From an uncultured Rhodospirillales bacterium (GTDB taxonomy: Bacteria; Pseudomonadota; Alphaproteobacteria; Acetobacterales; Acetobacteraceae): DNA of 54,565 nucleotides. Shown one piece after another: positions 42,170-52,665 of this stretch. The notes under the pieces are model-generated. The model was not told the origin of the DNA, searched no databases, and was given only the letters and a program-made list of their open reading frames with translations. The position numbers and the translations under genes are program-made. The stretch covers positions 1 through 54,565 of the forward strand of contig CAMFLK010000001.1 in the NCBI GenBank assembly GCA_945957135.1. Reading direction: 5' to 3'. Position 1 is the stretch's first letter. Every line of letters begins with the position of its first letter.

Positions 42170-43060
42170 ATGGCGGCGCGCCTGACGCTCGCGCAGAAAC
42201 AATCTGTGTGGGCCTGGGGTTTCCTCGCCGTGCCGCTCGGCTATTTCGCGCTGGTGCGGTTCTGGCCGGCGGTGGACGGGTTCTTCCTCTCGCTCACCCG
42301 CTGGAACCTGGTGGGGCCGCGGGTGTTCGTGGGCATCGAGAACTATCGGCGCCTGGTGGGCGACCCGGTGTTCTGGCAGGTGCTGGGCAACACGTTCTGG
42401 TACCTGCTGCTGGGCCTGCCGATCAGCCTCGGCCTCGCCTTCGTGATCGCCTACCATCTCGATCGCGTGCGCTACGGCCAGGGGCTGATCCGCGCGCTGT
42501 ATTTCGTGCCGCACCTCACCACGGCGACGGCGATGGCCTGGGTGTGGCGCTGGTTCTACCAGCCGCCGCCGGTGGGCGTGTTCAACGGCTGGCTGGTCTG
42601 GCTCGGCTTTTCCGCCCAGCCCTTCCTGCGCTCCACCAGCCAGGCGCTGCCGGCCGTGCTGGCGCCGGCGATCTGGGCGGCGCTGGGCTTCCAGGTGGTG
42701 ATCTTCCTGGCGGGTATCCGCGCCATTCCGCGCAGCTACTACGAGGCGGCGGAGATCGACGGCGCGGGATCGTGGCAGATCCTGCGCGCCATCACCCTGC
42801 CCTTGCTGCGGCCCACCTTCGTGTTCCTGTTCATCACGACGTCCATCGGCTTCCTGCGCATCTTCGACTACGTGTACAACATGACGCCGGGCGGCGAGGG
42901 CGGGCCGCTGAACGCCACGCGCCCGCTGGTGCTGAACATCTACCAGACCGCCTTCGCGCGCATGGACATGGGCTATGCCTCGGCCCAGACGGTGGTGCTG
43001 TTCGCGATCCTGCTGATCCTGTCCTTGCTCCAGCTTCGCCTGCTGGGGGAGCGGAAGTGA
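42170..43060 (+). CDS. Carbohydrate ABC transporter permease
   Basis: 6 TM. EAA loop YYEAAEIDGAGSWQILRAITLP. Confidence 0.85.
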   Translation: MAARLTLAQKQSVWAWGFLAVPLGYFALVRFWPAVDGFFLSLTRWNLVGPRVFVGIENYRRLVGDPVFWQVLGNTFWYLLLGLPISLGLAFVIAYHLDRVRYGQGLIRALYFVPHLTTATAMAWVWRWFYQPPPVGVFNGWLVWLGFSAQPFLRSTSQALPAVLAPAIWAALGFQVVIFLAGIRAIPRSYYEAAEIDGAGSWQILRAITLPLLRPTFVFLFITTSIGFLRIFDYVYNMTPGGEGGPLNATRPLVLNIYQTAFARMDMGYASAQTVVLFAILLILSLLQLRLLGERK

Positions 43061-43866
43061 GATCGCGCCATCCCGTCGCGTGGATCCTGCTGCTGCTGGG
43101 CGGCCTCACCATGGTGATGCCCTTCGTGTTCATGCTGGCCACTTCGCTGAAGGACAACAGCGAGATCTACGACCTCGCCCTGTTGCCGAAATCGCCAACG
43201 CTGGACAACTACATCGCCATCCTCTCCACCAGCCGCTTCCCGCGCTGGTTCGCCGTCTCCGCCATCGTCGCCACCGCCACCACCGTCTCCGTCCTGTTCT
43301 TCGATTCGCTGGTCGGCTACACGCTGGCCAAGTTCCGTTTCCGCGGGCGCGGGCTGGTGTTCGTGCTGATCCTGTCCACGCTGATGATTCCCACGGAAAT
43401 GCTGGTGATCCCGTGGTACGTCATGGCCAAGTCGATGGGCTGGCTCGACACGGTGTGGGGCATCATGTTCCCCGGCATGGTCACCGGCTTCGGCGTGTTC
43501 CTCATGCGCCAGTTCTTCACGGGCGTGCCGGACGAGCTGATCGACGCGGCGCGGGTGGATGGGCTGAACGAGTTCGGCATCTTCTGGCGTGTGGCGCTGC
43601 CGCTGGTCACGCCGGCGCTTTCGGCGCTCGCCATCTTCACCTTTCTCGGCAACTGGACGGCCTTCCTGTGGCCGCTGATCGTCACCACCAGCCCCAACCT
43701 CTACACGGTGCCGGTCGGCCTCGCCTCGCTGTCCGGCGAGTTCCAGACGGATTGGGAAATGATCATGACCGGGGCGAGCATCGCCGTGCTGCCCACGCTG
43801 GTGGTGTTCATGGTGCTTCAGCGCAATATCATCACCGGCATCATGATGACCGGCCTGAAGGGATGA
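43057..43866 (+). CDS. Carbohydrate ABC transporter permease
   Basis: GTG start in a GTGA overlap with the upstream stop. EAA loop LIDAARVDGLNEFGIFWRVALP. The longer ORF from 42208 runs in a shifted frame over the previous gene and was rejected. Confidence 0.8.
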   Translation: MRSRHPVAWILLLLGGLTMVMPFVFMLATSLKDNSEIYDLALLPKSPTLDNYIAILSTSRFPRWFAVSAIVATATTVSVLFFDSLVGYTLAKFRFRGRGLVFVLILSTLMIPTEMLVIPWYVMAKSMGWLDTVWGIMFPGMVTGFGVFLMRQFFTGVPDELIDAARVDGLNEFGIFWRVALPLVTPALSALAIFTFLGNWTAFLWPLIVTTSPNLYTVPVGLASLSGEFQTDWEMIMTGASIAVLPTLVVFMVLQRNIITGIMMTGLKG

Positions 43867-43870
43867 TGGC

Positions 43871-45373
43871 GTGAACGATTTTTCGAAGTTCCCCGATCCC
43901 ACCTACAAGGAAGCGGTGCTCGCGCCGTTGTTCGAGGGGGTGAAGCGCCACCATTGGCGCAACCTCGTCGCGGTGAACGAGGCGCATGGCGTGATGCTGG
44001 GCGAGCGGGATTGGCTGTCGCCCGCCCAGCTCGGCGCCATCCTCGCCGCCCAGCGTGCGGTGCTGGCGGAGACCGATATCGGCGCGCTGACCTATACCGG
44101 CGAGCACGAGGATTTCTTCTTCCTGCTGGAATCCGCCCTGCGCGGAAAACTCGGCCCCGACCTCGCGGGCCGGCTGCATACCGGGCGCAGCCGCAACGAC
44201 ATCGACCACACCATCTTCCGCATGTCGCTGCGCGAGCACCTGCTCGCCATCCTCGCCCAGCTCGAAGCGCTGATCGCCGTGCTGCTGGAGCGCGCGGCGG
44301 CCGGCGCGGAAACCCTTGTCGTCGCCTACACCCATGGCCAGCCGGCCCAACCCACCACCTGGGGCCATTATCTCGGCGCGCTGATCGAAATCCTGCTGCG
44401 CGATGCCGGCCGGCTGCTGCACGCGCTGGCCACGGTGGATTGCTGCGCGCTGGGCGCGGCGGCCATCACCACCTCCGGCTTCAAGCTCGATCGCGAACGT
44501 GTGGCGGAGCTGCTCGGCTTTTCCGCGGTGCAGGAGAACAGCTACGGCTGCATCGCCACCGCCGACTACATCGCCGAGACCTATGCCAGCCTGAAGGTGA
44601 TGCTGCTCGGCCTTGGCCGCTTCATCCAGGACCTCAACAGCTGGACCGGGTTCGAGACCGGGCACCTGCGCGTGCCCGACGCCTTCGTGCAGATCAGCTC
44701 CATCATGCCGCAGAAGCGCAACCCGGTGCCGGTGGAGCATATGCGCCTGCTCGCCTCCCTCGCCGCCGGCCAGGCGGAGGCGGTGCTGACCGCCCTGCAC
44801 AACACGCCGTTCACCGACATGAACGACAGCGAGGGCACGGTGCAGGAAGCCGGCTACGAGGCCTTCGCCACCACCGGCCGCGTGCTCACCCTGCTCGCCG
44901 CCTTCATGCGGGCGGTGACGATCGACGAGGCGCGGGTGCGCCGGCACATCGACGAAGCCTGCGTCACCATCACGGAAGTCGCCGATTCGCTGGTGCGGCG
45001 CGAGGGCATTTCCTTCCGCCAGGCGCACGAGATCGCCTCCATCCTCGCGCGCGACATGATCGCCCATGGCCACAGCCTCGCCACGATCGACATGACGGTG
45101 TTCGAGGCGGCGTTCATCCACGCCATCGGGCGCCCGCCCGGTATCGACGAAGCCAGCTTCCGCGAGATCGGCACGGCCCGGCATTTCGTGGCGGTGCGCG
45201 ACATGCTCGGCGGTCCCGCCCCGTCCGCCCTCGCCGCCAGCCTGGGCCGCTACCGCGCGCGGCTCGCGGATATCGTCGCGCAGGCCGCCGCCTATCGCGA
45301 CCGCGTGGCGCGCGCCACGGTGCAGCGGGGGCGGCTGGTGCACGCGGCGATCACGGCGATCGACGGCACGTAG
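43871..45373 (+). CDS. Argininosuccinate-lyase-family (fumarate-lyase superfamily) protein, ArgH paralogue
   Basis: GTG start 4 nt after the permease stop. Motifs HTGRSRNDIDHT and the superfamily signature SSIMPQKRNP. Confidence 0.8.
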   Translation: MNDFSKFPDPTYKEAVLAPLFEGVKRHHWRNLVAVNEAHGVMLGERDWLSPAQLGAILAAQRAVLAETDIGALTYTGEHEDFFFLLESALRGKLGPDLAGRLHTGRSRNDIDHTIFRMSLREHLLAILAQLEALIAVLLERAAAGAETLVVAYTHGQPAQPTTWGHYLGALIEILLRDAGRLLHALATVDCCALGAAAITTSGFKLDRERVAELLGFSAVQENSYGCIATADYIAETYASLKVMLLGLGRFIQDLNSWTGFETGHLRVPDAFVQISSIMPQKRNPVPVEHMRLLASLAAGQAEAVLTALHNTPFTDMNDSEGTVQEAGYEAFATTGRVLTLLAAFMRAVTIDEARVRRHIDEACVTITEVADSLVRREGISFRQAHEIASILARDMIAHGHSLATIDMTVFEAAFIHAIGRPPGIDEASFREIGTARHFVAVRDMLGGPAPSALAASLGRYRARLADIVAQAAAYRDRVARATVQRGRLVHAAITAIDGT

Positions 45374-45381
45374 TCGCCGGA

Positions 45382-46047
45382 TCAGGACACCGGCGCGCCG
45401 CGGCAGTTGCGGTCATAGGCCGCCATGCCGATGGACGGGCCATTGCCGGGGGCGATCTCGATCGCGCGGACGTCGCGAAGCAGCGCGCCGGCTTCCCGCC
45501 GGTCGCCGAGCGCCGCGAAGGCGCGCGCCATGTTGTTGAGGCTGGCGCCGATGCGGTCCACCCGCGGCGGTTCGAGCGAGAGGCGGATGCTCAGGCCCTC
45601 GCAGACGATGGGCAAGGCCGATCGCGGCCGCCCCGCCTCGCGCTCCCCGGCGGCAAGGTCGGACACGTAGTCGCCCAGCGACAGGCGATCGGGATTGGCG
45701 GCCTGCTGCAGCAGGCCGGCCGCCTCGCGAAACCATGTGGCCGCCTCCTCGAACTGGCGGCGATCGGCGGTCTCCACCCCACGGTTGTAGAAAACGCGGC
45801 CAAGCTGGTCCACGGTCCGCGCGATCCGGGGGTCGGCGGGCGGCAGCGCCGAGCGCTGCAACGCGAGCGCCTGGCGCAGCAGGGTCTCGACTTCGGGCGA
45901 CGTGCTTCTGTCCCAATGCGCCATGGCCTCGGCGAAAAGCCGGTCCGCTTCATCGGAGGCCGAGGCACGCGCGCCGGATACTCCCGCCGCCTGCGACGCC
46001 AGCAAGATGATGCCGAGGATCAGACAGCGCATGCCGACCGCGCGCAT
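45382..46047 (-). CDS. Hypothetical secreted protein, TPR-like helical repeats
   Basis: Signal peptide MRAVGMRCLILGIILLASQAAG. Helical, Ala/Leu/Arg-rich repeats. Starts 3 nt after the aroE stop. No family recognised with confidence. Confidence 0.5.
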   Translation of the reverse strand: MRAVGMRCLILGIILLASQAAGVSGARASASDEADRLFAEAMAHWDRSTSPEVETLLRQALALQRSALPPADPRIARTVDQLGRVFYNRGVETADRRQFEEAATWFREAAGLLQQAANPDRLSLGDYVSDLAAGEREAGRPRSALPIVCEGLSIRLSLEPPRVDRIGASLNNMARAFAALGDRREAGALLRDVRAIEIAPGNGPSIGMAAYDRNCRGAPVS

Positions 46048-46049
46048 CT

Positions 46050-46895
46050 CTACTTGACCGTCGCCTCCACCTTCGCCCGCAGCTCGGGCGAAATGCGGGG
46101 CATCACCCCCCACCACGCCGCGAAGGCCGGCCTGGCCTGGTGCAGCAGCATGCCCAGCCCGTTCACCACCTGGTTGCCCCGCGCGGCGGCGCCGGCCAGC
46201 AGGGCGGTGACCAGCGGGTTGTAAACGATGTCGCACACCAGGGCGGTCGGCGGCAGCGCGTCCAGGCGCAGCTCCAGCGGCGGCTGGCCGGCCATGCCCT
46301 GGCTGGTGGTGTGCACCAGCAAGGCGGCACCTTCCAGCGCGTCGTGGCGCTCCGCCCAGTCGAACACGCGGACCGGCCCGCCCAGGTCGGCGGCCAGCGC
46401 GTCGGCGCGGGCGCGGGTGCGGTTGAGCAGGCGGATGTCCGGGGCACCCTGCTCGATCAGGCTGAGCACCACGGAGCGCGCGCCGCCGCCGGCGCCCAGC
46501 ACCACGGCGGGGCCGGCATCGCCGCGCCAGTCGGGATTGGCGTCGTAGAGGCTGTGGATGAAGCCGTAGCCGTCCTTGCTGGAGCCGGTGAGCGAGCCGT
46601 CCTTCTCCACCACCACCAGGTTGATCGAGCCGGCCCGCGCACCCGCCGCGTCCAGCCGGTCCACCAGCCGCGCCGCCTCCTCCTTGTGCGGGATGGTGAC
46701 GTTGCAGCCGGCGAAGCCCAGGGCGGGCAGGCCGCGCAGCGCCGCCTCCAGCCGGCCGGGGGCGACGGGGAAGGGCAGGTAGGCGCCGTTGATGCCGTGC
46801 TCGGTCAGCCAGTGGCCATGGATCATTGGCGAGCGGGAATGGCCGATCGGGTGGCCGATCAGGCCGGCGGCGCGGAAGGTGGAGAGGTCGTGCAT
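46050..46895 (-). CDS. aroE: Shikimate dehydrogenase
   Basis: Motifs GLIGHPIGHSRSPMIH, NVTIPHKE and VLGAGGGARS. Confidence 0.9.
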   Translation of the reverse strand: MHDLSTFRAAGLIGHPIGHSRSPMIHGHWLTEHGINGAYLPFPVAPGRLEAALRGLPALGFAGCNVTIPHKEEAARLVDRLDAAGARAGSINLVVVEKDGSLTGSSKDGYGFIHSLYDANPDWRGDAGPAVVLGAGGGARSVVLSLIEQGAPDIRLLNRTRARADALAADLGGPVRVFDWAERHDALEGAALLVHTTSQGMAGQPPLELRLDALPPTALVCDIVYNPLVTALLAGAAARGNQVVNGLGMLLHQARPAFAAWWGVMPRISPELRAKVEATVK

Positions 46896-46901
46896 GGTCC
46901 T

Positions 46902-47534
46902 TCAGCCGAAACGCGCGCGCAGTTCGTCCACCTGCGCCGGGGTGAGGGTGCGCACCTTATGCCCTCGCAGCAGCAGGTGCAGCCGGGCGGTTTCCTCCAG
47001 CTCCTCGATGGCGCCGGCGGCGGCGGAGAGCGAGGTGCCGGCCACCACCGGGCCGTGATTGGCCAGCAGCACGGCGTGGTGCTTGCCCACCAGTGGCCGC
47101 ACCGCCTCGGCCAGGCGGGTGTCGCCGGGCGGGAAATACGGCACCAGCGGCAGCCGGCCCACCCGCATGACGTAGTAGGCGGTGATGGGCGGCAGCACAT
47201 CCTCTGGGTCCACATCGGCGAGGCAGGAGACGGCGACGGAATGGGTGGAATGCAGATGCACCACGGCGCCGGCATCCGCGCGGCCCTCGTACATCACGCG
47301 GTGCAGGAAGGCTTCCTTGGTGGGTTGCGGCCCGGCGACCAGTCGGCCCTGGGCATCCAGCCGCGACAGGCCGGCGGGGTCCAGCTCGCCGAGGGCCACG
47401 TTGGTCGGCGTCATCAGCCAGCCATCCTCCAGCCGCACGCTGAGATTGCCGGAACTGCCGAAGGTGAGGCCGCGGGTGAAGATGCTGGCGCCCAGCCGGC
47501 AGATCGCCTCGCGCGCCCGTGCTTCCGTGCTCAT
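46902..47534 (-). CDS. Class II aldolase/adducin-family protein (OtnC-like decarboxylase/aldolase)
   Basis: ATG at 47534 (MSTEARAREAICRLGASIF). Motifs GSSGNLSVRL, HLHSTHS and LLANHGPVV. ATGA overlap with the ybaK-like gene. Confidence 0.8.
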   Translation of the reverse strand: MSTEARAREAICRLGASIFTRGLTFGSSGNLSVRLEDGWLMTPTNVALGELDPAGLSRLDAQGRLVAGPQPTKEAFLHRVMYEGRADAGAVVHLHSTHSVAVSCLADVDPEDVLPPITAYYVMRVGRLPLVPYFPPGDTRLAEAVRPLVGKHHAVLLANHGPVVAGTSLSAAAGAIEELEETARLHLLLRGHKVRTLTPAQVDELRARFG

Positions 47535-48010
47535 GGCACCTCCTGGCGGATATCGGCCACCTGGGCGCCGGTGATGCGCAGCAGGGTTTCGGCCTCGGTG
47601 GGGAAGACGTGGTGCGGGGAGCCGGCGGCGGCCCAGATCGGGTGCAGATCCAGCAGGTCGCGGTCGAACAGCAGCAGCGGCGGGGCGAGATGGCCCAGCG
47701 GCGCCACCCCGCCCACCGCGAAACCGGTGGTCTCGCGCACCCAGTCGGCATCCGCGCGGCGGATGGCCACGCCCAGCGCCGCCGCCACCTTGGCGGTGTC
47801 CACCCGGTTGGTGCCGGAGGCGATCACCACCACCGGCCGGCCGCCGGCGCGGAACACGATGGATTTGGCGATCTGCGCCACGTCGCAGCCGATCGCCGCC
47901 GCGGCGTCGGCCGCGGTGCGGGTGCCCGCGGGGAATTCGGTGATGGTGTCGTCGTGCCCCGCCGCCAGCAGGGCAGCGCGCACGCGCGCGGTGGAGCTTC
48001 CTTCGGTCAT
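47531..48010 (-). CDS. YbaK/EbsC-family aminoacyl-tRNA deacylase domain protein
   Basis: 159 aa. Segments IAKSIVF and GFAVGGVAPLGH are typical of the YbaK/ProX editing domain. Confidence 0.75.
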   Translation of the reverse strand: MTEGSSTARVRAALLAAGHDDTITEFPAGTRTAADAAAAIGCDVAQIAKSIVFRAGGRPVVVIASGTNRVDTAKVAAALGVAIRRADADWVRETTGFAVGGVAPLGHLAPPLLLFDRDLLDLHPIWAAAGSPHHVFPTEAETLLRITGAQVADIRQEVP

Positions 48011-48029
48011 TCCGCCCTATATCCAGGTG

Positions 48030-49178
48030 ATGGACACGCTTGCGCTGTATATCCACTGGCCGTTCTGTCGCGCCAAGTGCCCGTACTGCGATTTCAACTC
48101 GCATGTGCGCGAGCGCATCGACCAGGCGCGCTTCGCCGCCGCCCTGCTGGCGGAGCTGCGGTGGGAGGCGGCGCGGCTGGGACGGCGGCGCCTGGGCTCG
48201 ATCTTCTTCGGCGGCGGCACGCCCAGCCTGATGGCGCCGGAGACGGTGGCCGCGCTGATCGCCGAGGCCACCGCCCTGTTCGCGCCGGCGGAGGACATCG
48301 AGATCACGCTGGAAGCCAATCCCACCAGCGTGGAGGCCGGGCGTCTCGCGGCGTTCCGTCAGGCCGGGGTGAATCGCGTCTCGCTCGGCGTGCAGAGCCT
48401 GCGGGCGGAGCCGCTGCGCCTGCTGGGACGGCAGCATTCGGCGGAGCAGGCGGTGGCGGCGCTGGAGTTGGCGCGCGGCCTGTTCCCCCGCCTGTCCTTC
48501 GACCTGATCTATGCCCGGCCGGGGCAGGCCCTGGCGGATTGGCGGGCGGAGCTGCGCACGGCGCTGGCGCTGGCGGCGGACCATCTCTCGCTCTACCAGC
48601 TCACCATCGAGCCCGGCACGGTGTTCGAGGGGCTGCACCGGCGCGGCGAGCTGGTGCTGCCCGACGACGAATCCGCCGCCGCGCTGTACGACGCGACGGC
48701 GGATGAGGCGGCGCGGTTCGGCCTGCTGCCCTACGAGGTGTCCAACTACGCCCGCCCGGGCGCGGAGAGCCGGCACAACCTCGCCTATTGGCGCTACGCC
48801 GACTATGCCGGCATCGGCCCCGGCGCCCATGGCCGTATCAGCCTGGACGGTACCCTGCGCGCCACCCGCCGCCACCGCGCTCCCGAACCCTGGGCGGAAC
48901 TGGTGGAGCGCCAGGGCCACGGCACCACGCAGGAGGAGGCGGTGGAACCGCCCGACCGCGCGCGCGAAATGCTGCTGATGGGCCTGCGCCTGACCGAGGG
49001 CATCGACGAATCCCGCTTCGCCGCCCGCACCGGCATGGCGCTGGCCGAGGCGCTGGACGCGGACACGCTGGAACTGGCCCTGGCGGAAGGCTACCTCACC
49101 CGCCGCTCCGGCCGCCTCGCCGCCACGGCCGAGGGGCGCAAGCGGCTGGACGCGCTGCTGGGGCGGCTGGTGGTGTGA
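48030..49178 (+). CDS. hemW: Radical SAM haem chaperone HemW (HemN-like, oxygen-independent coproporphyrinogen oxidase family)
   Basis: ATG at 48030 (MDTLALYIHWPFCRAKCPYCDF = CxxxCxxC). GGGTPS motif and a HemN_C-like C-terminus. The long upstream extension of the 1012-aa ORF was rejected. Confidence 0.85.
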   Translation: MDTLALYIHWPFCRAKCPYCDFNSHVRERIDQARFAAALLAELRWEAARLGRRRLGSIFFGGGTPSLMAPETVAALIAEATALFAPAEDIEITLEANPTSVEAGRLAAFRQAGVNRVSLGVQSLRAEPLRLLGRQHSAEQAVAALELARGLFPRLSFDLIYARPGQALADWRAELRTALALAADHLSLYQLTIEPGTVFEGLHRRGELVLPDDESAAALYDATADEAARFGLLPYEVSNYARPGAESRHNLAYWRYADYAGIGPGAHGRISLDGTLRATRRHRAPEPWAELVERQGHGTTQEEAVEPPDRAREMLLMGLRLTEGIDESRFAARTGMALAEALDADTLELALAEGYLTRRSGRLAATAEGRKRLDALLGRLVV

Positions 49179-49184
49179 GGGCTT

Positions 49185-49460
49185 GGCTCCTTCGCTTCGT
49201 TGATTGTGCTTGCGTTGGGTCGGGCGCTGCCAAGGCACGCTTCGCTCAAGAGCCTTGACAGCGCCCGACCCAACGAAGCGAGTGCTGATATGCGAAGTAT
49301 GGAAAGAAGTGAGCCCTTTCCAGCTTTCTTGTTCGGCTGAAAAGGGCCGCTTTCTTGCCCCGGCCTTCCGCCCGAAAGGCGTCGCGCGCAGGGGCCGTCA
49401 AGGCCCTTGAGCGAAGCGCGCCTTGACGACACCGAGCACGGCGACATCCTCGAAGAAGAC
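49185..49460 (-). repeat. GC-rich composite hairpin element, full-length copy C (inverted relative to copy B)
   Basis: Its reverse complement aligns end to end with 38503-38781. A 23-bp-stem hairpin spans 49213-49275. Confidence 0.85.
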
Positions 49461-49506
49461 GGGGCCCTCCGTTCCAACAATCGCTCTTTCAGCCCGGAGG
49501 TCGCCA

Positions 49507-49773
49507 ATGACCCACATCACCTACTCCGATCTGCGCCGGAACATGGCGCGCTACCTCGACCAGGCGGTGACCGATCGTGAGCCGATCATGGTGACGCGGT
49601 CGAGCGGCAAGGGGAATGTCGTGCTGATCTCGGAGGAGGAATTCGCCGGCTGGCAGGCGACCGCCCATCTGCTCGGCAGCCCGGCCAATGCCGCGCGGCT
49701 GATTCAGGCCGCGGAACAGGTTCGGGCGGGCGTCACGCGAGAGCATGCGCCGCTTCCCGCGAAGCCACGCTGA
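49507..49773 (+). CDS. Type II antitoxin, Phd/YefM family
   Basis: GGAGG 7 nt upstream of the ATG. MTHITYSDLRRNMARYLDQAVTDREPIMVTR..VLISEEEFAGWQATAHLLGSPANAARL parallels E. coli YefM (MRTISYSEARQNL..LLRSPANARRL). Confidence 0.85.
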   Translation: MTHITYSDLRRNMARYLDQAVTDREPIMVTRSSGKGNVVLISEEEFAGWQATAHLLGSPANAARLIQAAEQVRAGVTREHAPLPAKPR

Positions 49774-49811
49774 AGGTTCATGCTCTCGGCTTGAGAAGCT
49801 GGCAGCCGCGC

Positions 49812-50530
49812 CTACGCCGGCACCGGCGCACCCGAGAACCGCACCCGCTCGCCATGCCGCGTCTCCTCCGCGCCGCAGAGATCGGCGATTTCGCGGGCGA
49901 CGGATTCGGGGCGGGGCAGGGGGGTCTGGTCCTCGCCGGGGAAGGCGGCGCGGCGCATGGCGGTGGCGACGGGGCCGGGGTCGAACAGGTTCACGCGCAG
50001 CTTGGTGCTGGTCACCTCGTCGGCCCAGGCCAAAGCGAGCTGTTCCAGCCCGGCCTTGGTGGCGCCGTAGGTGCCCCAATAGGCGGTGGGCTGGCGGGCG
50101 ATGCGGCTGGTGAGGAACACCGCGCGGCCGGCCTCGGCCACCTGGAGCAGCGGCCCGCAGCTGCGGATCAGCCGCCACGCGGCGGAGAGGTTCACGGCCA
50201 CCGCCTCTTCCCAGTCGCGCGGCGTGATGTGCGGGGTGGGGGTCAGGGTGCCGAGCACGCCGGCATTGCTGACCAGGATGTCCAGCCGGCGGAAGCGGTC
50301 GAACAGGCTGGGGCCGAGCGAATCGAGCGCCGCCCCGTCGCGCAGGTCGAGCGGCAGCAGCGTGGCCTGGCCACCAAAGCCGCGGACGGCGTCGTCCACC
50401 GCCTCCAATCCGCCCTGGGTGCGCGCGGTGATCACCACATGCGCCCCCCGCCGTGCCAGCTCGATGGCGGTGGCGGCGCCGATGCCGCGGCTGGCGCCGG
50501 TGACCAGCGCGATGCGGCCGGAAAGAGGCA

Positions 50531-50531
<1 letters not shown>
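49812..50531 (-). CDS. SDR-family oxidoreductase
   Basis: ATG at 50531 (MPLSGRIALVTGASRGIGAA). Catalytic YGATKAG (YxxxK). Immediately downstream of purF. Confidence 0.85.
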
Positions 50532-52023
<1,492 letters not shown>

Positions 52024-52027
<4 letters not shown>

Positions 52028-52587
52028 GGCCGGGCCCGGCCGGAAGGGGTGACGTGCAGCAGATCGGCAGCGGTCGCCTCGCGTCCCGCAGGCGGCGCGG
52101 TGACGTTGGGGCGATAGGCTTCCGGCAGCTGGGCGGCGGCCCAGCGCGCGGCATCGTACACATAGGGCAGCAGGCGGGCCTGCTGCACCGGCTTCGGCCA
52201 GCGCTCGGCGGTGACTACCCAGCCCGCGCCGATATAGGCGACCACGATCAGCGCCATGCCGCGCGCCACGCCGAACACGATGCCCAGCGTGCGGTCGATG
52301 CCGCCGAGCATGGAGGCGTTCACCAGCTTGCCGACCATGCCGATGACGATCGACAGCAGGATCAACGCACCCAGGAACAGCGCGCCATAGGCGGCGGGGT
52401 CGGCCAGGTCGGGGTTGCCGATCCAGCCGCGGAAGCGGTCGCGCACGAAATCGAACCCGACATAGGCGAACCAGGCGGCGCCGATCCAGGCGCCGACGCC
52501 CAGCACCTCACGCACCAGACCGCGCATGAAGGCGAGCATCGCGGAGACCGCGACGATCGTGATCAGCGAGAGATCGACCCAGTTCAA
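52024..52587 (-). CDS. cvpA: CvpA-family membrane protein (colicin V production protein homologue)
   Basis: 187 aa, 4 TM. Conserved position directly upstream of purF. Confidence 0.8.
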
Positions 52588-52665
52588 TGCGCGGCGCCCG
52601 GCATGGTGAGGCGCATATATCGTCGCCTGACCGTCCGACGCCAGTGTGTCATACGTGTTTCCGCC

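Noticed and set aside
46140-48029. Upstream 630 codons of the 1012-aa ORF that ends as hemW. Analogous over-extensions occur at 47535-49238 (-), 33973-35448 (-), 7489-8094 (-), 15432-15983 (-), 40905-41099 (-) and 53063-54115 (+).
   Set aside because: Homology-like sequence begins only at the internal start codons chosen in the feature table. The extensions overlap other well-supported genes on the opposite strand.
49770-49812. Possible remnant of a YoeB-type toxin gene directly after the antitoxin (frame reading LKVHALGLRSW..)
   Set aside because: Resemblance to the YoeB N-terminus (MKLIWSEESW) is limited to two or three residues. The frame continues as an antisense shadow of the SDR gene. 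The evidence is insufficient.
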